Below, one piece after another: positions 34,866 to 49,875 of a DNA stretch of 64,000 bases. The position numbers and the translations under genes were made by a program. Every line of letters starts with the position of its first letter. Within the stretch, counting starts at the first letter, position 1. The DNA is from Octopus sinensis (taxonomy: Eukaryota): the NCBI RefSeq assembly GCF_006345805.1, contig NC_043003.1, positions 55,924,001 to 55,988,000 of the forward strand. The letters run 5' to 3'. The notes under the pieces were generated by a model. It was not told where the DNA came from, did not search any database, and was given only the letters and a program-made list of their open reading frames with translations.

Positions 34866-35419
34866 TTTATGTATTTATTTATTTTTTTTCTTTTGTTTGG
34901 TAGTTGCCTGGTTGTTCGTGAATGTGGAGGTGGCGTTAATTACTGTTAGTGATATATTCGATATAGTTGTGCATATTTGCTTAAGAGTGATGATTATGAT
35001 GACGAGCGTTTGTTTGTTCGGAGGCAGCATTGAAATGTTATCAAAACACACATGGACTGGGTGCTCACGACCAACGTTGATTCCATCTCCCATATGCGTG
35101 GTCTCTACGCTATACAAATACACCCAGTCATACATAGATGCATATGCACATACATACACGGAGAAACAAAACCTCCTATCATACCCTGCAAATACTATTT
35201 CCGTTTCATCACTGTTTACCATTATTTAATGTCAGCTAGTATTCTGTCCATTTAACGCACACCATTTTGACTTTGGCTTTTTTTTTCTCTCTTCAGTATT
35301 TTCAAGTTTCGTTTTGTTTTTTATATTTTTGTTGTATTGAGTTTTTGTTTTTTAGTTGAAGAAGGAGAGGAAAGGGCTGTAACATATCCTTATTCCAGTA
35401 CTATTTTTTCTTCTTTTTC

Positions 35420-35551
35420 TCTCTACTGAAGGCAAAAGACCCGAAATTTTATGGGAGGGCCTAGTCGATTAGATCGACCGCAGTACGCAGCTGGTACTTA
35501 ATTTATCGACCCCGAAAGGATGAAAGCAATGTCGACCTCGGCGGAATTTGA
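35420..35551 (-). mobile_element. Headless tRNA-derived SINE
   Basis: Core ctggtacttaatttatcgaccccgaaaggatgaaagc and gtcgacctcggcggaatttga. Confidence 0.8.
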
Positions 35552-36221
35552 TTATTCAAGTACTATTAAAATAACAATGTTACCGGCCAGCCAGCCAGAT
35601 GACCAGTCTTCCATTAGCCAATCAGCATGCAAGTCAACCCGTTAGCTAATCAGTTAGTCTGCCACTCATAGAGATATGGCACCACGAATCGAAGAAAGTG
35701 TGGAGGATTGACTTGCTAGAAGTAACGGGGAGATGTTATCTAATCATCCCAGTCGACATCATCTTACAAAATAGCATATTGGACGATGTAGTTACTGCTA
35801 GTTATGTATGTGAGGGGTTGCTTGTGTGTGCATGTGTATGTCTAGGGCTGCTTGAGTGCGCTTTCGTGTTTCTATATATGTATGGTCGTATGTATATATC
35901 CAATATGTGTGTACGTTTGCATTTGTGTATGTATGTAAGTATATATGTGTGTATGCATGTATGTATGCATGTTTGTATATATGTATGTACATACTGGGAA
36001 TTACCTGTTCATGAGAAAGAATGTCCATGATTTTGGACAAGATACCGGGAAAAGAACAACCTTCTAGTGTATATCTAAATAAGATTTGGTTTCGAATTTC
36101 AGGGAACGGGTTTGCATACAAGAAGCTAAGACAAACACAATAAAGTCACCTGTTCGATTATATTAGTATGTAATTATTCAAATACCTCATCAGAGAAAAG
36201 CAGTTCGATACAAACAGATTC

Positions 36222-36438
36222 ATAGGATAAGGTGGTGAAACATTCTTGACTTTAAAGGTGTCGCGAAAGGCCTGGAAGCCCTACTTTCTGAGTTCTTTTA
36301 CAGATTTTGGAAACACTGAATAACCACCTAAATAAGTGTATGAATCTGAGAGAGAAATGTGTTGAATAAAATCATAATTGTCTACCCTTTCGTATTTTCT
36401 TTTATCCAAAGCTAGGAACTGTTCAGCACCCCGTCATA
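36222..36438. mobile_element. Mariner-derived MITE (related copies at 41055-41220 and 46004-46208)
   Basis: Imperfect TIRs ggtggtgaaacattcttgacttt and aaagctaggaactgttcagcacccc. Internal blocks aataagtgtatgaatctg and aaaatcataat are shared between copies. Confidence 0.6.
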
Positions 36439-36728
36439 ATGACCTAGGAAGTAACTGATATATGGTTGATACATTCAAAGCGTGCCATAATTTATATTAA
36501 TACACAACGGCACTTAATGTCTCTTTGGTAGAGATCAAATGGAAGAACGAGAAAGGAGGCACGTTAGCTCATGTAGTTTTAAGTCTTAATTTTCATCATT
36601 TCAGAGTCGACCAATACGTTCGATATTATAAATTTAGCACTATATACCCATATTTATGCTAATCTGCTGTGCCACTCTAAATACTGCAATAGTATTACTT
36701 AACCAACCATTGTTCAGCGCATTTCAGA

Positions 36729-36774
<46 letters not shown>

Positions 36775-37127
36775 CGGGTCGATAAATAAATTAAAACAGT
36801 TCAAGTCATTATTTCTAGCTCCAACCTTAAATTCAAATATTTTTTGCGTTGTAAATTTTAATGCATCCGTCGCTAACGATAAAGTACCGAGGCAGATATA
36901 TGTAATTCTATTCATAATTCTTTCATATTTGAGTGTGAGGTGTGACAGGCAGAGGTCATAAAATTTTTCTGTACATCTGAGACGAGTAGGACGAAATGAG
37001 GTTTTATTTCGAACCAAGTGAATACCCTCATCAAAATTTGACAGTACGTAAATATAAAACAAATATCAATCTGCATAACGCAATTAGTCCAACACACACA
37101 CCTAAACAGATACACACACGCACGCAA

Positions 37128-37215
<88 letters not shown>

Positions 37216-37461
37216 GTGTGTGTGTGTGTGTATCTATGTACTGCCAATTTATAAGTGATTTCTCCAACAGTTTATCCTTTTAGTCACTGTTACAGGTATT
37301 ATAACAAAGTTGCAATTTCAAGTGGAAGGATGTCAGAAACACATATACTGCTAGAAATAAGAGCTAGAATACTCTAATACTGTAGACAAAGCACATAATT
37401 CTGTACATTTATACTAACGAGGACTGTAATCGTCCGGAAATATATCCATGTGTGTAAGTCT

Positions 37462-37503
<42 letters not shown>

Positions 37504-37569
37504 GCGTGTGTATACATACATGTACATATAAATATATATATATGTATAAAAATATATATATAAATACAA

Positions 37570-37750
37570 AATGGGACAAGAACGCAAAACATTCAAATAG
37601 ACGACACAAAAAATGGACGGGTCATTCGAAGCCTCTAATCTTCAGTCAAGAACCGGATCATGCTCACAATTTCGGCTGATTAATCATCAGATCGCTCCGA
37701 TCCGGCCAGCGCCAAAGTAAAACTAAGCTACGAGCATTAGATTTCTTGGA
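37570..37750 (+). mobile_element. Interspersed repeat homologous to 4150-4445
   Basis: See 4150-4445. Confidence 0.55.
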
Positions 37751-37769
37751 GTGTGTGTGTGTCTCTGCA

Positions 37770-37814
<45 letters not shown>

Positions 37815-37869
37815 ATGTTTGCATCCATGCACATATGTCTGTGTTTCTAATAGGTTCAATCTTTCCAAG

Positions 37870-38400
37870 TTTGAAACAATGTATAATGAAATACCAAATT
37901 AAAAACTCTCCAACAGTGGCAGCTTGTCCTTCAATTTATTCGATATTTCCGGTTTCGAACTTCTTCTACGGGACACATGGAGAAATAGGAGATGGAGGCA
38001 AGCTGCTATTAGATACAGAAGAGTTTAGTGATTGTATGCAGATAGGGTATTTTGTAACAACCAGTCTTCTCTATGTAGTTCTTACCTGTAGCTTAATGCT
38101 TGTTTCAGCTTTGATTAGATTAGGTCCTTGATTCAGAGGTTACCTATATTGCGTTCCATGATTCTGATGGAAATAGTAGAGTCGCTGATGTTGTATTTCT
38201 GCTGGTGTTCTTTGATGTGGACATGCACTCATCTGATGGTGGCTGTAATATTTGATAGCTTGATCTTGAAACAGTGGTACAAAGGGAGATCCAGTTGCTC
38301 AGCGGAAAATTCATGATTGAAACGAAGTGATTCCAATATTACTTTTTCGTAAAACAAGGAATAAAAGAGTGGTGCAAATATTCATGGAGCTGCAGATTTA
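37870..38400 (-). mobile_element. Degraded PLE endonuclease C-terminus and 3' region
   Basis: Minus-strand TIR*VHVHIKEH...RIMERNIGNL*IKDLI*SKLKQALSYR resembles GIY-YIG T.R.L..RIKEH...L.IKEAL.I..LKP.LN. Confidence 0.45.
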
Positions 38401-38511
38401 TGAGAGTTAGTGTGAGGTACAGAAATATATTTAATTTCATGCATCAATCAAACACCCAAACTCTCTTCAGTTTTTTATAATCTCCTTTTTTCTCTCTCTT
38501 TCAAACACACA

Positions 38512-38562
<51 letters not shown>

Positions 38563-39348
38563 ACACACACACACACACAGAAGTCCAAATTCAAACACTT
38601 CCAGACTCCTATCTCATAAAACACACGCACTGACAACTAGCACTCCGTCAGTTGTAACGGCGAGTGTTCCAGTTGATCAGATCAACGGTACAGCTTGCAT
38701 GTTAAATTAACGTACAAATATCTGAGCATTCTATAGATACGCGTAACCATAGCGTAGTTCTCAGGGAGATTCAGCGTGGCACAGAATATCACAAGACTGG
38801 TTTTTAAAAAAAAAAACAGTTCTGTTTCATTTTGCAAGCTGAATGGACTCGAACACCGTGGAATAAAGTGAGTGGATCAAGGACGCAACGTGCCGCCTTG
38901 TTTCAAACTCACAAACTTAGGCTCGTGAACTTAATACCTTAACTTCCAAACCGTGAGACTTCACACGCCCTCACATAAACATGCACACACACACTCATAC
39001 ACATACTACAAGCACTCGCACACACACACACCTACACACACACATATACAAATATTTATGGATATTTATACGTCAAGGTGAGCATGTGCGCGTGTATGAA
39101 GAGGGTAACAGTGTGAGGGAATGGGAGTCAGCTCTCTATAGAATATCTTCATAAATAAGCCGATAAGCTGTTGCGTACGAAGACACATACACACGCATCG
39201 AACGCTCATGGAAGCGGGCGCGAGAATATGTGTACTGGATCACATCTCATCCTGGTAAACATTTACATCATATTTATTTTATTTATCAAAGAGTGCACAC
39301 ATTAATAGACGAAATTTTTGCTTATCTCTCTCGCACACAATAATACAC

Positions 39349-39395
<47 letters not shown>

Positions 39396-39464
39396 CACAC
39401 ACATTCTCTGTCACGTTTTATGCTCATACAGAAACACAACACATGCATATGTCTCTGTCTGTCC

Positions 39465-39529
<65 letters not shown>

Positions 39530-40663
39530 TATACATATAAAACTATGTATATACATATCTATTATTTATATAGGTACATTCATCCATACGAACATACATA
39601 AACACTTCTGTGCGTGCATACAACTTTGTGTTTTGTGTGTGTGTGTGTGCGTGTGCGCGCTTATGTTGTGTGTGCGTGTACGTTTGTACATATTATATAG
39701 ATAGGGACTGATACAAGCACATTCAAATGGCCTCACATACATACATACATACACATATATGCATCTGTATATAAGTATATATATATATCTATACATATAC
39801 GCACGCACACACACACATTCACACATGTATATATGCAGTTATGTTATGTATGCGCGCGTATATATGTATGAATATATATATATGTACACAAACATACACA
39901 CATAATTTTAAGCTGTACTTAGGCTACCTCAGAGGAAATGTCAAAGAAGTGAACGATTTCTAAATATATCCAAAAGACACACATTGCAAGTTACGGATCT
40001 AACCGAACTCTCAACGACCGGATGTACTAAATAACATACAACTATAAGCCCCAAGCTTTGACGTGTGTGGCTGTCAACGGAAGACTGTCTCCATCTCCTT
40101 TCTCGCAAATACGGCCTTAAAATAAAATGTTGAATTTCTTTCTCATACAGCTTACGATACGCATTTATTACGCACGAAATATGTTAATTCCTGCTAAATA
40201 CCCATCTTATATCTGATTAACTGCAATTATATTTATATGTGACTTTTATGTAAGTACCAATGTATGTATGGATGGATGGATATATATATATATACACATA
40301 GATGCATGTGTATCATGCATACGTACCTACGTACATATACACTTCATAGTTTTATATAAAGCGACCACCCAGAAAACACAGGAAGACATAATTTTGATAG
40401 AATGTAAGGAATGCTTACCTTAAAAATAATTACTGGTTTTGTCAAATTTCAATTTGAACAAACTCCTACGTGCTTTCACTGTAAATCTTTATAAATCATT
40501 CATTAATAAAATCTAATTCTTTAATTGTGTCGAATTTGTAATTAGCGGTTTTTTTTATAGTTTTCTGTTTTTTAGCTTCAGTGTATCTGACCGAAAACTA
40601 AAGGTGTTCCAACCAGCATTTTGGCATTCCTCAATTTTGTTCCGTCAATATTTTCTGGCATTT

Positions 40664-40878
40664 AAGGCGGCGAGCTGGCAGAAACGTTAGCACGCCGGGC
40701 GAAATGCTCAGCGCTATTATGTCTGTCTTTACGTTATGAATTCAAATTCCACCGAGATCAACTTTGCCTGTTATCCTTTCTGGGTCGATAAATTAAGTAC
40801 CAGTTGTGTACTGGTGTCGATCTAATTGACTGTCTCTCTCCCCCAAAATTTAGGGCTTTATGCTTATAGTAGGAAGTT
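40664..40878 (+). mobile_element. tRNA-derived SINE, full length
   Basis: aaggcggcgagctggcagaaacgttagcacgccgggcgaaatg head plus the family core. Confidence 0.9.
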
Positions 40879-41997
40879 ATATTTTCTTGTATTTAAAAAG
40901 TGATGTGATGCGAATTGAAAGAAGTTTGATTACTATTTCTAGAGCATCGACCAGTCATATTAAGTCATATTAGCTGGCTCTTGTTGTCAACATTACATTT
41001 CTACGGTTTATTTGTAATAGTGAATTGAAAATTTTCTTTGCCCTGTTCATGCATTAGAGGTGAGGCTGAAAAGTATTTTTAGCTTTCAACTTATCGCGAA
41101 AAACCTGGGGAAAGGCCCAATCTTCCATGTTCTTTTGCATGGGTTGGAGAAACTGAAGGACCACTGAAATAAATGTGTGAAATAAATTTGCGAGAGCGGA
41201 ATATTTTGAATAAAATGTGTATGCGCGCGTGCGAGCGTGTATATATCGCTGCGATTCAATTTTAATCTATCGTATTGTGGATGACACCAACAACATAGAG
41301 CAGTGCAGAATATTGAATATCACTATAGCTTTCAAAATAAACAGTTACATCTGTGAATAACTATCACCTTGTACCTTTTGCTAGTTTTTTTTTCTTTTCT
41401 TTTCTTTTTTTTCTTCATATTCAACTCCATTTTCTCCCTTCTGCTCTGGACTTAACGAAAGATTTACATACCGAATCGTCCGTCTATCCTTCTTTTTTCT
41501 AGATAGCTTTAAATATTCTGAGTTTGTACACTCGTAGCTGGTTTTGTTATTTTTACATTTTGTCCATTTTCTCCCTTATATTTACTTGTGCATCATTTGG
41601 TTATTCTGTTACCTGGATATAGATTTAAAATAAACACGGACCAACTGCGTAATTTAATTAATTGTTCTCTTATTTTAGACAACGAGAGATGCATATATGT
41701 TGTCTTATATAACCTGTTTCTGCATGAAGATAAAATAGTTGTGATCTATATATATGACTACAGAAATGCCGGACCTTAATCACCTTTAAGTAAAGTTCAT
41801 TGCTACTATTACCTCCTATGCAAAAAAAATCAGAGAAGCAACTGCTATACTAGTGGTTCCCAAAAACTTCGGGCTGCCGCCCACCTTGACTCCGGCTCTG
41901 CATTCCTAGCGCCTCCTGACTAGCCGTCACAAACATAGACCACTTTCTAAAGCAAATTAAAAGCAACTGTATGTCACAAATAAAACTTAATAAATAA

Positions 41998-42410
41998 AAG
42001 GCGGCGAGCTGGCAGAAACGTTAGCACGCCGGGTGAAATGCTGAGCGGTATTTCGTCTGTCGCTACGTTCTGAGTTCAAATTCCGCCGAGGTCGACTTTG
42101 CCTTTCGGGGTCGATTAAATAAGAACCAGTTTCGCACTGGGGTCGATGTAATCGACTTATTCCCTTTGTCTATCTTTCTTTTTCCCCTATATGTTTAGCC
42201 CCTTGTGGGTAGTAAAGAAGTAAGTATTTCGTCTGCCGTTACGTTCTGAGTTCAAATTTCGCCGAGGTCGACTTTGCCTTTCATCCTTTCGGGATCGATT
42301 AAATAAGCACCAGTAACGCACTGGAGTCGATATAATCGACTTAATCCGTTTGTCTGTCCTTGTTTGTCCCCTCTGTGTTTAGCCCCTTGTGGGGATTAAA
42401 GTAATAACAA
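41998..42410 (+). mobile_element. Tandem SINE pair (full copy plus headless copy)
   Basis: The full copy spans 41998 to about 42222. The second copy restarts at gtatttcgtctgccg. Confidence 0.9.
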
Positions 42411-42719
42411 ATAAAATTTAACCTAATGAACCTAATCTCTTGTTGTTTTTTACATGAATCACTAACCTATTATAGTCCCTCTTTTCTTCAACGCACCCTT
42501 GGAACTTTCCACTGCCTCCATGGGGGCAATATCGCTCCCTATGTGAACCACTGTGCTATGCCATCACTCGAGGTGCTATACATAGCAGCTAAATCTACCT
42601 TACAATACAACAAAGCACTTAAACACTAATTCTTCGATAAAAGTTTTTGTGATATGCTTCGCCGGAAAAGAATGGATTGTCGGTGGACGGATGAATTTGA
42701 TTATTGGTCCGATCCATCA

Positions 42720-42915
42720 AGGCTGCGAGCTGCCATAATCATGAGCACCCTCTATTTAGTCCGTCTTTACGTTCTGAGCTCAGATTCCTCCACAGTTGAT
42801 CTTGCTTTTCACCCTTTTGTGCTCCATGAAATAAGTACCAGTTGAACACTGGCATCGATGTAATCCATTTGGCCCCCTGCAGAAAATTGCAGGCGTTGTG
42901 TCTATTGTGGATAGG
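42720..42915 (+). mobile_element. Degenerate tRNA-derived SINE
   Basis: ggctgcgagctg head, acgttctgagctcagattcc and aaataagtaccagttg. Confidence 0.7.
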
Positions 42916-43797
42916 ATTTATAAGTGATCTAATCAACAACAATATTTATGCAGGTCTAACTTGAACACAAGACTCGGTGTCAGGGAACGCCCTTCATCAT
43001 AAGTTCAAACGATCTAGAATTGCCTTCGTCTAGAAAAAAAGAGAACTATGATAATTAATGTTTGTGCAAACATGAAAGATGCAGCGAGTATTTCATATTG
43101 TTTTCACATTCGCTGATCAAAGAAATATTTAGAAAAGAAAGAGGTACTTTCACTTTGCGGCAGACTGTGTGAAGTGATTTCACTTGTGACACCACGTGAC
43201 ATATCTATAAAGAATGCCTCCCATCAAATGAACGTCATTTGGGATTTGCAACACTGATAGGGCAACTACAGATTAATTTTTCTTTTTTAAGAAAATAGAA
43301 ACACAAAATTTTAACTGTTTCTTTCTCATACGGGCTCATAAATATAGCGATGTCGAAATCAAATCTCTCTCCCATAACTCAGTACAGTTGTTACAATATA
43401 TATATACATACAAATATGTAAGGGAATGTGTGTGCGCTCGGCTGTTTCTCTATCTGTGTGTGAGTGCATATCTATTTATATGAATGTATTGCATGTTTCT
43501 GTGTGTGTGTGGACGTATATATATATGTGTATATATATGCGTGTGTGTGTATGTGTGTATATTTTTTTTTTCTTGTTTCAGCGCGAGAGCTGTGGCCATG
43601 CTGATGCACCGCGTTGCATATATATATATATATTATATATGTATATTATATATGTATATATATATTATATATATATGTATATATATATATATATATATAT
43701 GTTATATATATGTGTGTGTGTGGTGTGTGTGTGGTGTGTGAGTGTATGGACAATCCAACAGAAATGGAATTAAACAGATGCAACATTTCTACTACTT

Positions 43798-43872
<75 letters not shown>

Positions 43873-44277
43873 TTACTACTACTACTACTATAATATACAT
43901 GGGTAGGAGGCAATTGAACTAAAATCTACAGCAACGCTTTTTCAAAGATTAAATGGATAAAAGAGAGACAATCGCGCGTGCACGCAAGCACATACGCGCG
44001 CTCACACACACCACACACACACACACACACACAAGACAGAGCGAGATCAAGAGTGATATAGAGAGGGAGCGTGAGAAAGAAAGAGAGGGAGTTAAAAGAA
44101 AGCACACAAGTACACATACACGCACATACATATACCTGGGTATCTGTGTATGAATAAAGAGGGAGAGGAGAGGGGGAGAGAGAGAGAGAGCTGGAGAGAA
44201 GAAAGGATATGTGCGATTACATGCATATACGTTTAGCCAGAGTATAAATGATAACAAAGAAATATACTCTTTTACAT

Positions 44278-44491
44278 GTTTCAGTCATTTCACTGTGGCC
44301 ATGCTAGAGCACCGCCTTTAGTCCAGCAAATTGACCCCAGGACATATCATTTGTAAGCCTAGTACTTATTCTATCGGTCCCTTCTGTCGAACCGCTAAGT
44401 TACGCTGACGTAAACCCATCAGCATCGGTTGTCAAACGATGTTGGTGGGGACAAACACAAGCACACAAACATATATACACACACACATACA

Positions 44492-44575
<84 letters not shown>

Positions 44576-44718
44576 AGACGGGCTTCTTCAGTTTCCGTCT
44601 ACCAAATCCACTCAGAAGGCTTTGGTCATCCCGAAGCTATAGTAGAAGGTGCCACGCTGTGGGACTGAACCCGGAACCATGTAGTTCATAAGCAAGCTAC
44701 TTACCACATAGCCACTCC
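44278..44718 (-). mobile_element. tRNA-derived CORE-like SINE with an internal (TA)n expansion
   Basis: Minus-strand head aggagtggctatgtggtaag (A-box-like) ... ggttcagtccc (B-box-like). The tail ends ...gcggtgctctagcatggccacag, and tail fragments recur at about 48597, 51335 and 60525. Confidence 0.8.
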
Positions 44719-45540
44719 TACGTGTATAAATACATGAAAAATTAATCCTACGCAGAGAGCGTCATACTTTACAGTCTTGCAAATGTAAAATATGAACAAA
44801 AATTTCAAGGATGGCTGCTGACTATTTCGCGAAATTTGAATGCAAATACCGACATAAGACAACCATAATATTTTGCCAAGTCAGATTGGGATGAGGTAGA
44901 GCGTTAAGCGTATGGTGTTAACGGTGAAAGAGCTGGTGAAGGTATGTGAGGTAGCTCTGTTCGTTATTACTGATGTTCATGATGTGATGTAATGTAATGT
45001 GATGCGATATGATGAGATGATGTATAGTTAACCTTAATATAAATATGAAAGAAGTACAGATACGACTGACGAGATAATAAAGCTAAAAGTTCATCTGCAT
45101 CTTACGAAGGGCACTACAGTCAGTCACAAGTACTTGGATGAGAATTTTACGAGGGTAAATTGAAGCAAAATATTGGAAGAAGACGCTTGAAGTTTACAAA
45201 TTCAGCAGAGATGTACGTATGAAATAAAAACTGACAAGGAACACGAGCAGAAATTTAGTGGAACATCATATCAAAGGAGAAGAAAATACCTTCAGTACGT
45301 AGTTATTCATGCAACGGATCCAATTTTCAGCACGCAGAGATGCACGTACACGTATACAATGTTCTTATTATCGTTAATATCATCTTTCATTATATTTATA
45401 TATATTTGCACACACATAGACACATGAACACTCTCGTATGCGTACATACATGCAGACATGTTGTGTGTGTGTGTGTACACCGCTTCATGTATATGATATA
45501 TATATATATGTATGTATGTAATGTATGTATGTATAATATA

Positions 45541-45592
<52 letters not shown>

Positions 45593-45670
45593 GTATGCAT
45601 AAAGTCTCGGCTGTGAGATTGACACAGCGCTTGCAGTAACTCTCACTTAAACATACTAACAATGATCGTC

Positions 45671-45897
45671 AGCCGGCAGAAATGTTAGCACGCCGGGCGA
45701 AATGCTGAGCGGTATTTCGTCTGCCGCTACGTTCTGAGTTCAAATTCCGCCGAGGTCGACTTTGCCTTTCATCCTTTCGGGGTCGATTAAATAAGTACCA
45801 ATTACGCACTGGGTTAGATGTAATCGACATAATCTCTTTGTCTATCCTTCTTTGCCCCCTCTTTGTTTAGCCCCTTGTGGGCAATTAGGAAATAAAT
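45671..45897 (+). mobile_element. tRNA-derived SINE, nearly full length
   Basis: Family motifs gttagcacgccgggcgaaatg, gagttcaaattccgccgaggtcgactttgcc. Confidence 0.9.
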
Positions 45898-47454
45898 GAT
45901 TGTCAAACGTTGGTGAAGGCTAGACACGGACACAAAGATACACGTGCGTGTGAGCGCACGCACACACACACATACTCATATGTATAAGCGACGGGCTACT
46001 TTCTGTATTCGTCTGAAAGTTCCTGGCTTTACGGTTATTACAAAAGAGCTGGCTGGTCAGCCAACTTTATAGAGTTTAGAAAATCTGAAGGACCAGTGCA
46101 ATAAGTGTATGAATCTGTGAGGGGCATACTTTGGTTAAAATCATAATGTGCTGATTCTCCAGTATTTTCTTTTACTCAAAATCAATAGCTTTTCAGCACT
46201 ACTTCATATATTCATATGTATTTATATATAAACCAACAAATAAATTTGTAATTCTTGTATACTTCCACTTTATTTATATTTGCAATTAAAAGAAGAAAAC
46301 TTTTCAAAGTCTTTATCCAGTCCTCAAAATTAATCTTATGTAAGACATCTGCTTCTATACTTAGTAGATATGAGGGATTCTGAATATTATTTTAGCAAGT
46401 TTATGGTGATTTCCTTTGTGCTGTAAACCATTTACTATTTCTGTGGGTTTCTTTTTCTTTCCTTGATGCCATAAGCACATATTTATTTTATTTTATGGTT
46501 AATCCAGTGCTGAAAGGAAGAACAGTAGCCATGATATTTGTGCCGAGCTTTCATGATGAGCAGAAAGAAAAGAAAATGTGAATCATCCCTAGTCTGGAGG
46601 TCTGTTCTACAGGATAGAGTGGCATTGATACCCAAGGGTTAGATGGTGATGGTAAACTAAATGATTGATCTAGTCTACCTTCTGAGATCATGTAGAGTTC
46701 ATTTAATAATTTCTGCTCAATCTACATCTACTCAGCTTCACTACCAGGTTTGTGTCAATCCGCAGATATGATAAAAGAAGCTTACCGAAGATACTGTCCA
46801 TTGGGTTTGAACCTGAAATGACATGATTATGAAACAGCTTTCTTGACCTCGAGGTTTAACTTTTAGTATATCATATTAATTGTCCTGATGAAAGTCATTT
46901 TGTAAAATGAAATGCAATGATAATCCATTAGCTATCATTGCTCTCTCTGACAAGCCTTTGTTATATCACCAATGTCCCTGCATTAGTTGGCAACATCAGC
47001 CAGAAACTGTATATGTTCGTTCCATCTCCACATTTTCACCATAATTATAATTCTTTTCTCTTTTCAACCTTATATGTAAATGTAGATCTCTTTTGATTTG
47101 GAATGTAATGTCGAAAATTCATGCCTTGTGCTAATGGAATAAATAATTGTTTTCCTTGTTGTCGAAATTGTGGTTTCTAATTTAGGCAAAAACCGATAAT
47201 TCTGAAGGGAATGGAGTCAATACGATCGACCCGGGTACATGATTGGTACTTTATTATGTCAACGCTGTTAATATGAAAGGCAGAATCACTTCAGCAGGAT
47301 TTGAAGCAATCACCTAGGCAGGACTTGAAGTCATAATGTAAAGATCAGAAATAAGATCCGAGATATATTTCATCCAAAGCACTATCAATTCTATCGAAGA
47401 CACTCACACACATACCTTATTCTCTGTCTCAACCTTCTTAATCTCCCTGTATAG

Positions 47455-47496
<42 letters not shown>

Positions 47497-47807
47497 TTTT
47501 CTCTTTTTCTCTATCACTTTTGCTCTCTTTTTTTCTCTCCCTGTGTATGTACGAATGCATGTATATGTGTATTAATATGTATGTGCTTGTATATGTAAAT
47601 GCATATATACATACTACATATATATATATACGATGCATGCATATATGCATATGATTATATATATACGGACATTTGTATAATATTTATATATACATAGATA
47701 TGTGTGTGTAGGTAGGTAGCTATGTATGTAGTAATGTGCTTTGTTCATATATAAGTATGTCTGGAATAGAGAGTATGCGTGCTATAGAAGGATAATATTC
47801 ATACAGG

Positions 47808-47854
<47 letters not shown>

Positions 47855-48874
47855 ATATACATATATATATATACATATATACATATACCTATATATATAT
47901 ATCTGTCTATACATATATGATTGTTGAATATAAGAATTGTTGTACGTTTCTTATTTTTACGTGTCTGCATTTTTTTTATATGCCTCTGTATGATTCTTTG
48001 TACTTCTGTAGATAACTCGATTTCGGTTACATAAAATAAAAGACGGAAGTAAATAAGCAATGATATATATATCAAGGAAATCATTCGTCAAAGAATGTAG
48101 AATTGGTGCTAAGATAAAGAGAAAGACACAAAATAGACCAGAGAACAAATGGAAACAAGTGATGGATGATAGAGATATGCCTTTGTTAGAATGTTCACTC
48201 TCTTTGTTGTAATATATATTCTTACTGTCTGATGTTGGTTGTAAAGCCTCTGGTCACTTCTGATTGCACACGCATATGATCATATATATATTCAGCCGAG
48301 ACTATCTCGTCGATTATTTTATTTATCTATTTATATACTTTTTTCTGATATATCATATGCTGGTTTATATTAACCAGTCTGTCCTTGTTCCCATTATGAT
48401 ACATGGTTTTAAGAGGTATTGTATGCTATTTCTAGCAAGAGATTTTACCACTTTGAAGACAATTTCGCTGATGTTAATTTTTGCTTCTTTTTTTCCTTTA
48501 AAACTTAGGTCAATCCTCCTTCATCAGTTTTATGATCACAAGCATTCTAGACTACGCCATGCTTTTTTTTATCTGTTCTTTTAATTGTTTGTCATTGAAT
48601 TGCGGCCATGCTTGAGCACCGCCTGCAAAGATTTAGCCGAGCAATTCGAACATCAATACATATTTTTTTGACGAACGTCTACCTTACGGAAATGAAAACA
48701 AACTAGCACCAGTTGTCAAGCAGTGGTGTAAGGGAAACACAACACAAATACACATACCGACCATACCACGCATTGGGTCTGAACTCGAAACTATATGATT
48801 TCCAAATATCTGTCTGTCCATGTATCTATCTATCTATCTATCTATCATCTATCTATCTATCTATCTCAGTCTGC

Positions 48875-48912
<38 letters not shown>

Positions 48913-48939
48913 GTATATATATATGTTAATATATATAAT

Positions 48940-48974
<35 letters not shown>

Positions 48975-49609
48975 GCATATATACCCATCTATCTATCTAT
49001 CTCCTCACATATCTATCTATATATCTGCAAATACATCGATAGATACACGGCAACACACACACACACACACATACAGAAAATACTTAAATGCATCAGATGC
49101 AAAAAGAAAAACGCTTACCCATACAACCACGCCTGCGCCATATTACATTTTACACAGTGTTTCCCACCCCAGGCATCGTAGCACTTCAGTGCTGAAACTT
49201 ATTACACAATGTGTTTGAAATTTAAATTCATCTCGACCGTCCTCCCAACATCACTAAGGAAGATTTAACTTGGGAGCATTGACCTAATCTGCATGTCTTA
49301 AAAGAGCGTCATGCACATACAACTATGTCATTTAGCCTGTACCACGTATGGTAGATTTGAACCATTATTGTAACCGTGATGTTATGATGACCTGATGAGC
49401 TTTCTTTATTTGCACTAATTTTTTTTGAATCAGTTGTATTTCCTAACGCATAGCATGCTTATTATTGTAAACATTGTATAACGTATAGTATGCATCTTAA
49501 TGTAAACATGTAAACATAAGTGTATTCCACACTTAAAGTACTACATGGAGAAAGTTGCGAAACGGTTGTAATCTTAAGGATGTCACGTGGTTTTGAAACA
49601 TTCTTTTAG

Positions 49610-49875
49610 TACATTATTTACTTTGTCCTCATCTTGTATGTTGTTAACATTTCGTTATTGAAGAATAACAATAATAATTATATTGATAACATCGAAAAAT
49701 ACCTTAGAAATGAGAACCCAGGTTCGAAATTTTCCCCAAGACACCTGAAGAAGGCTGGAGGGTATATCAGCCGAAACGTTGTGTTAACAATAAACAAGAC
49801 GAGAACAAATATCCGTCGAATGTAAATAATGTAAATAATGTACCTAATTCCTCATCTCTTAAATATAGAACTGTA
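49610..49875 (+). mobile_element. PLE pseudo-LTR with a partial inverted copy on its left
   Basis: 49741-49875 is the reverse complement of 60645-60775. 49610-49655 is an inverted partial copy of 49773-49845. Confidence 0.75.
49740..49785 (+). ncRNA. Minimal type-I hammerhead ribozyme, core intact
   Basis: GACAC-CUGAAGA-A-GGCUG-GAGGGUAUAU-CAGCC-GAAA-CGUU-GUGUU. All core nucleotides are present, with a 5-bp helix I, a 5-bp helix II, a palindromic ACGU helix III and a GUU cleavage triplet. Confidence 0.85.

Noticed and set aside
34600-35229. 209-aa Gly/Val/Ser-rich ORF
   Set aside because: It arises from the GGT-rich stop-poor minisatellite, and the C-terminal half is unrelated non-coding-looking sequence.
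36145-36195. Minus-strand CUGAUGA...GAAC hammerhead-like motif, with similar traces at about 36975-37035
   Set aside because: There is no consistent helix I or helix II pairing, so it is too degenerate to call.
49375-49400. ATGATGA-C-CTGA resembling C/D box snoRNA motifs
   Set aside because: The boxes are adjacent, with no guide region or terminal stem.
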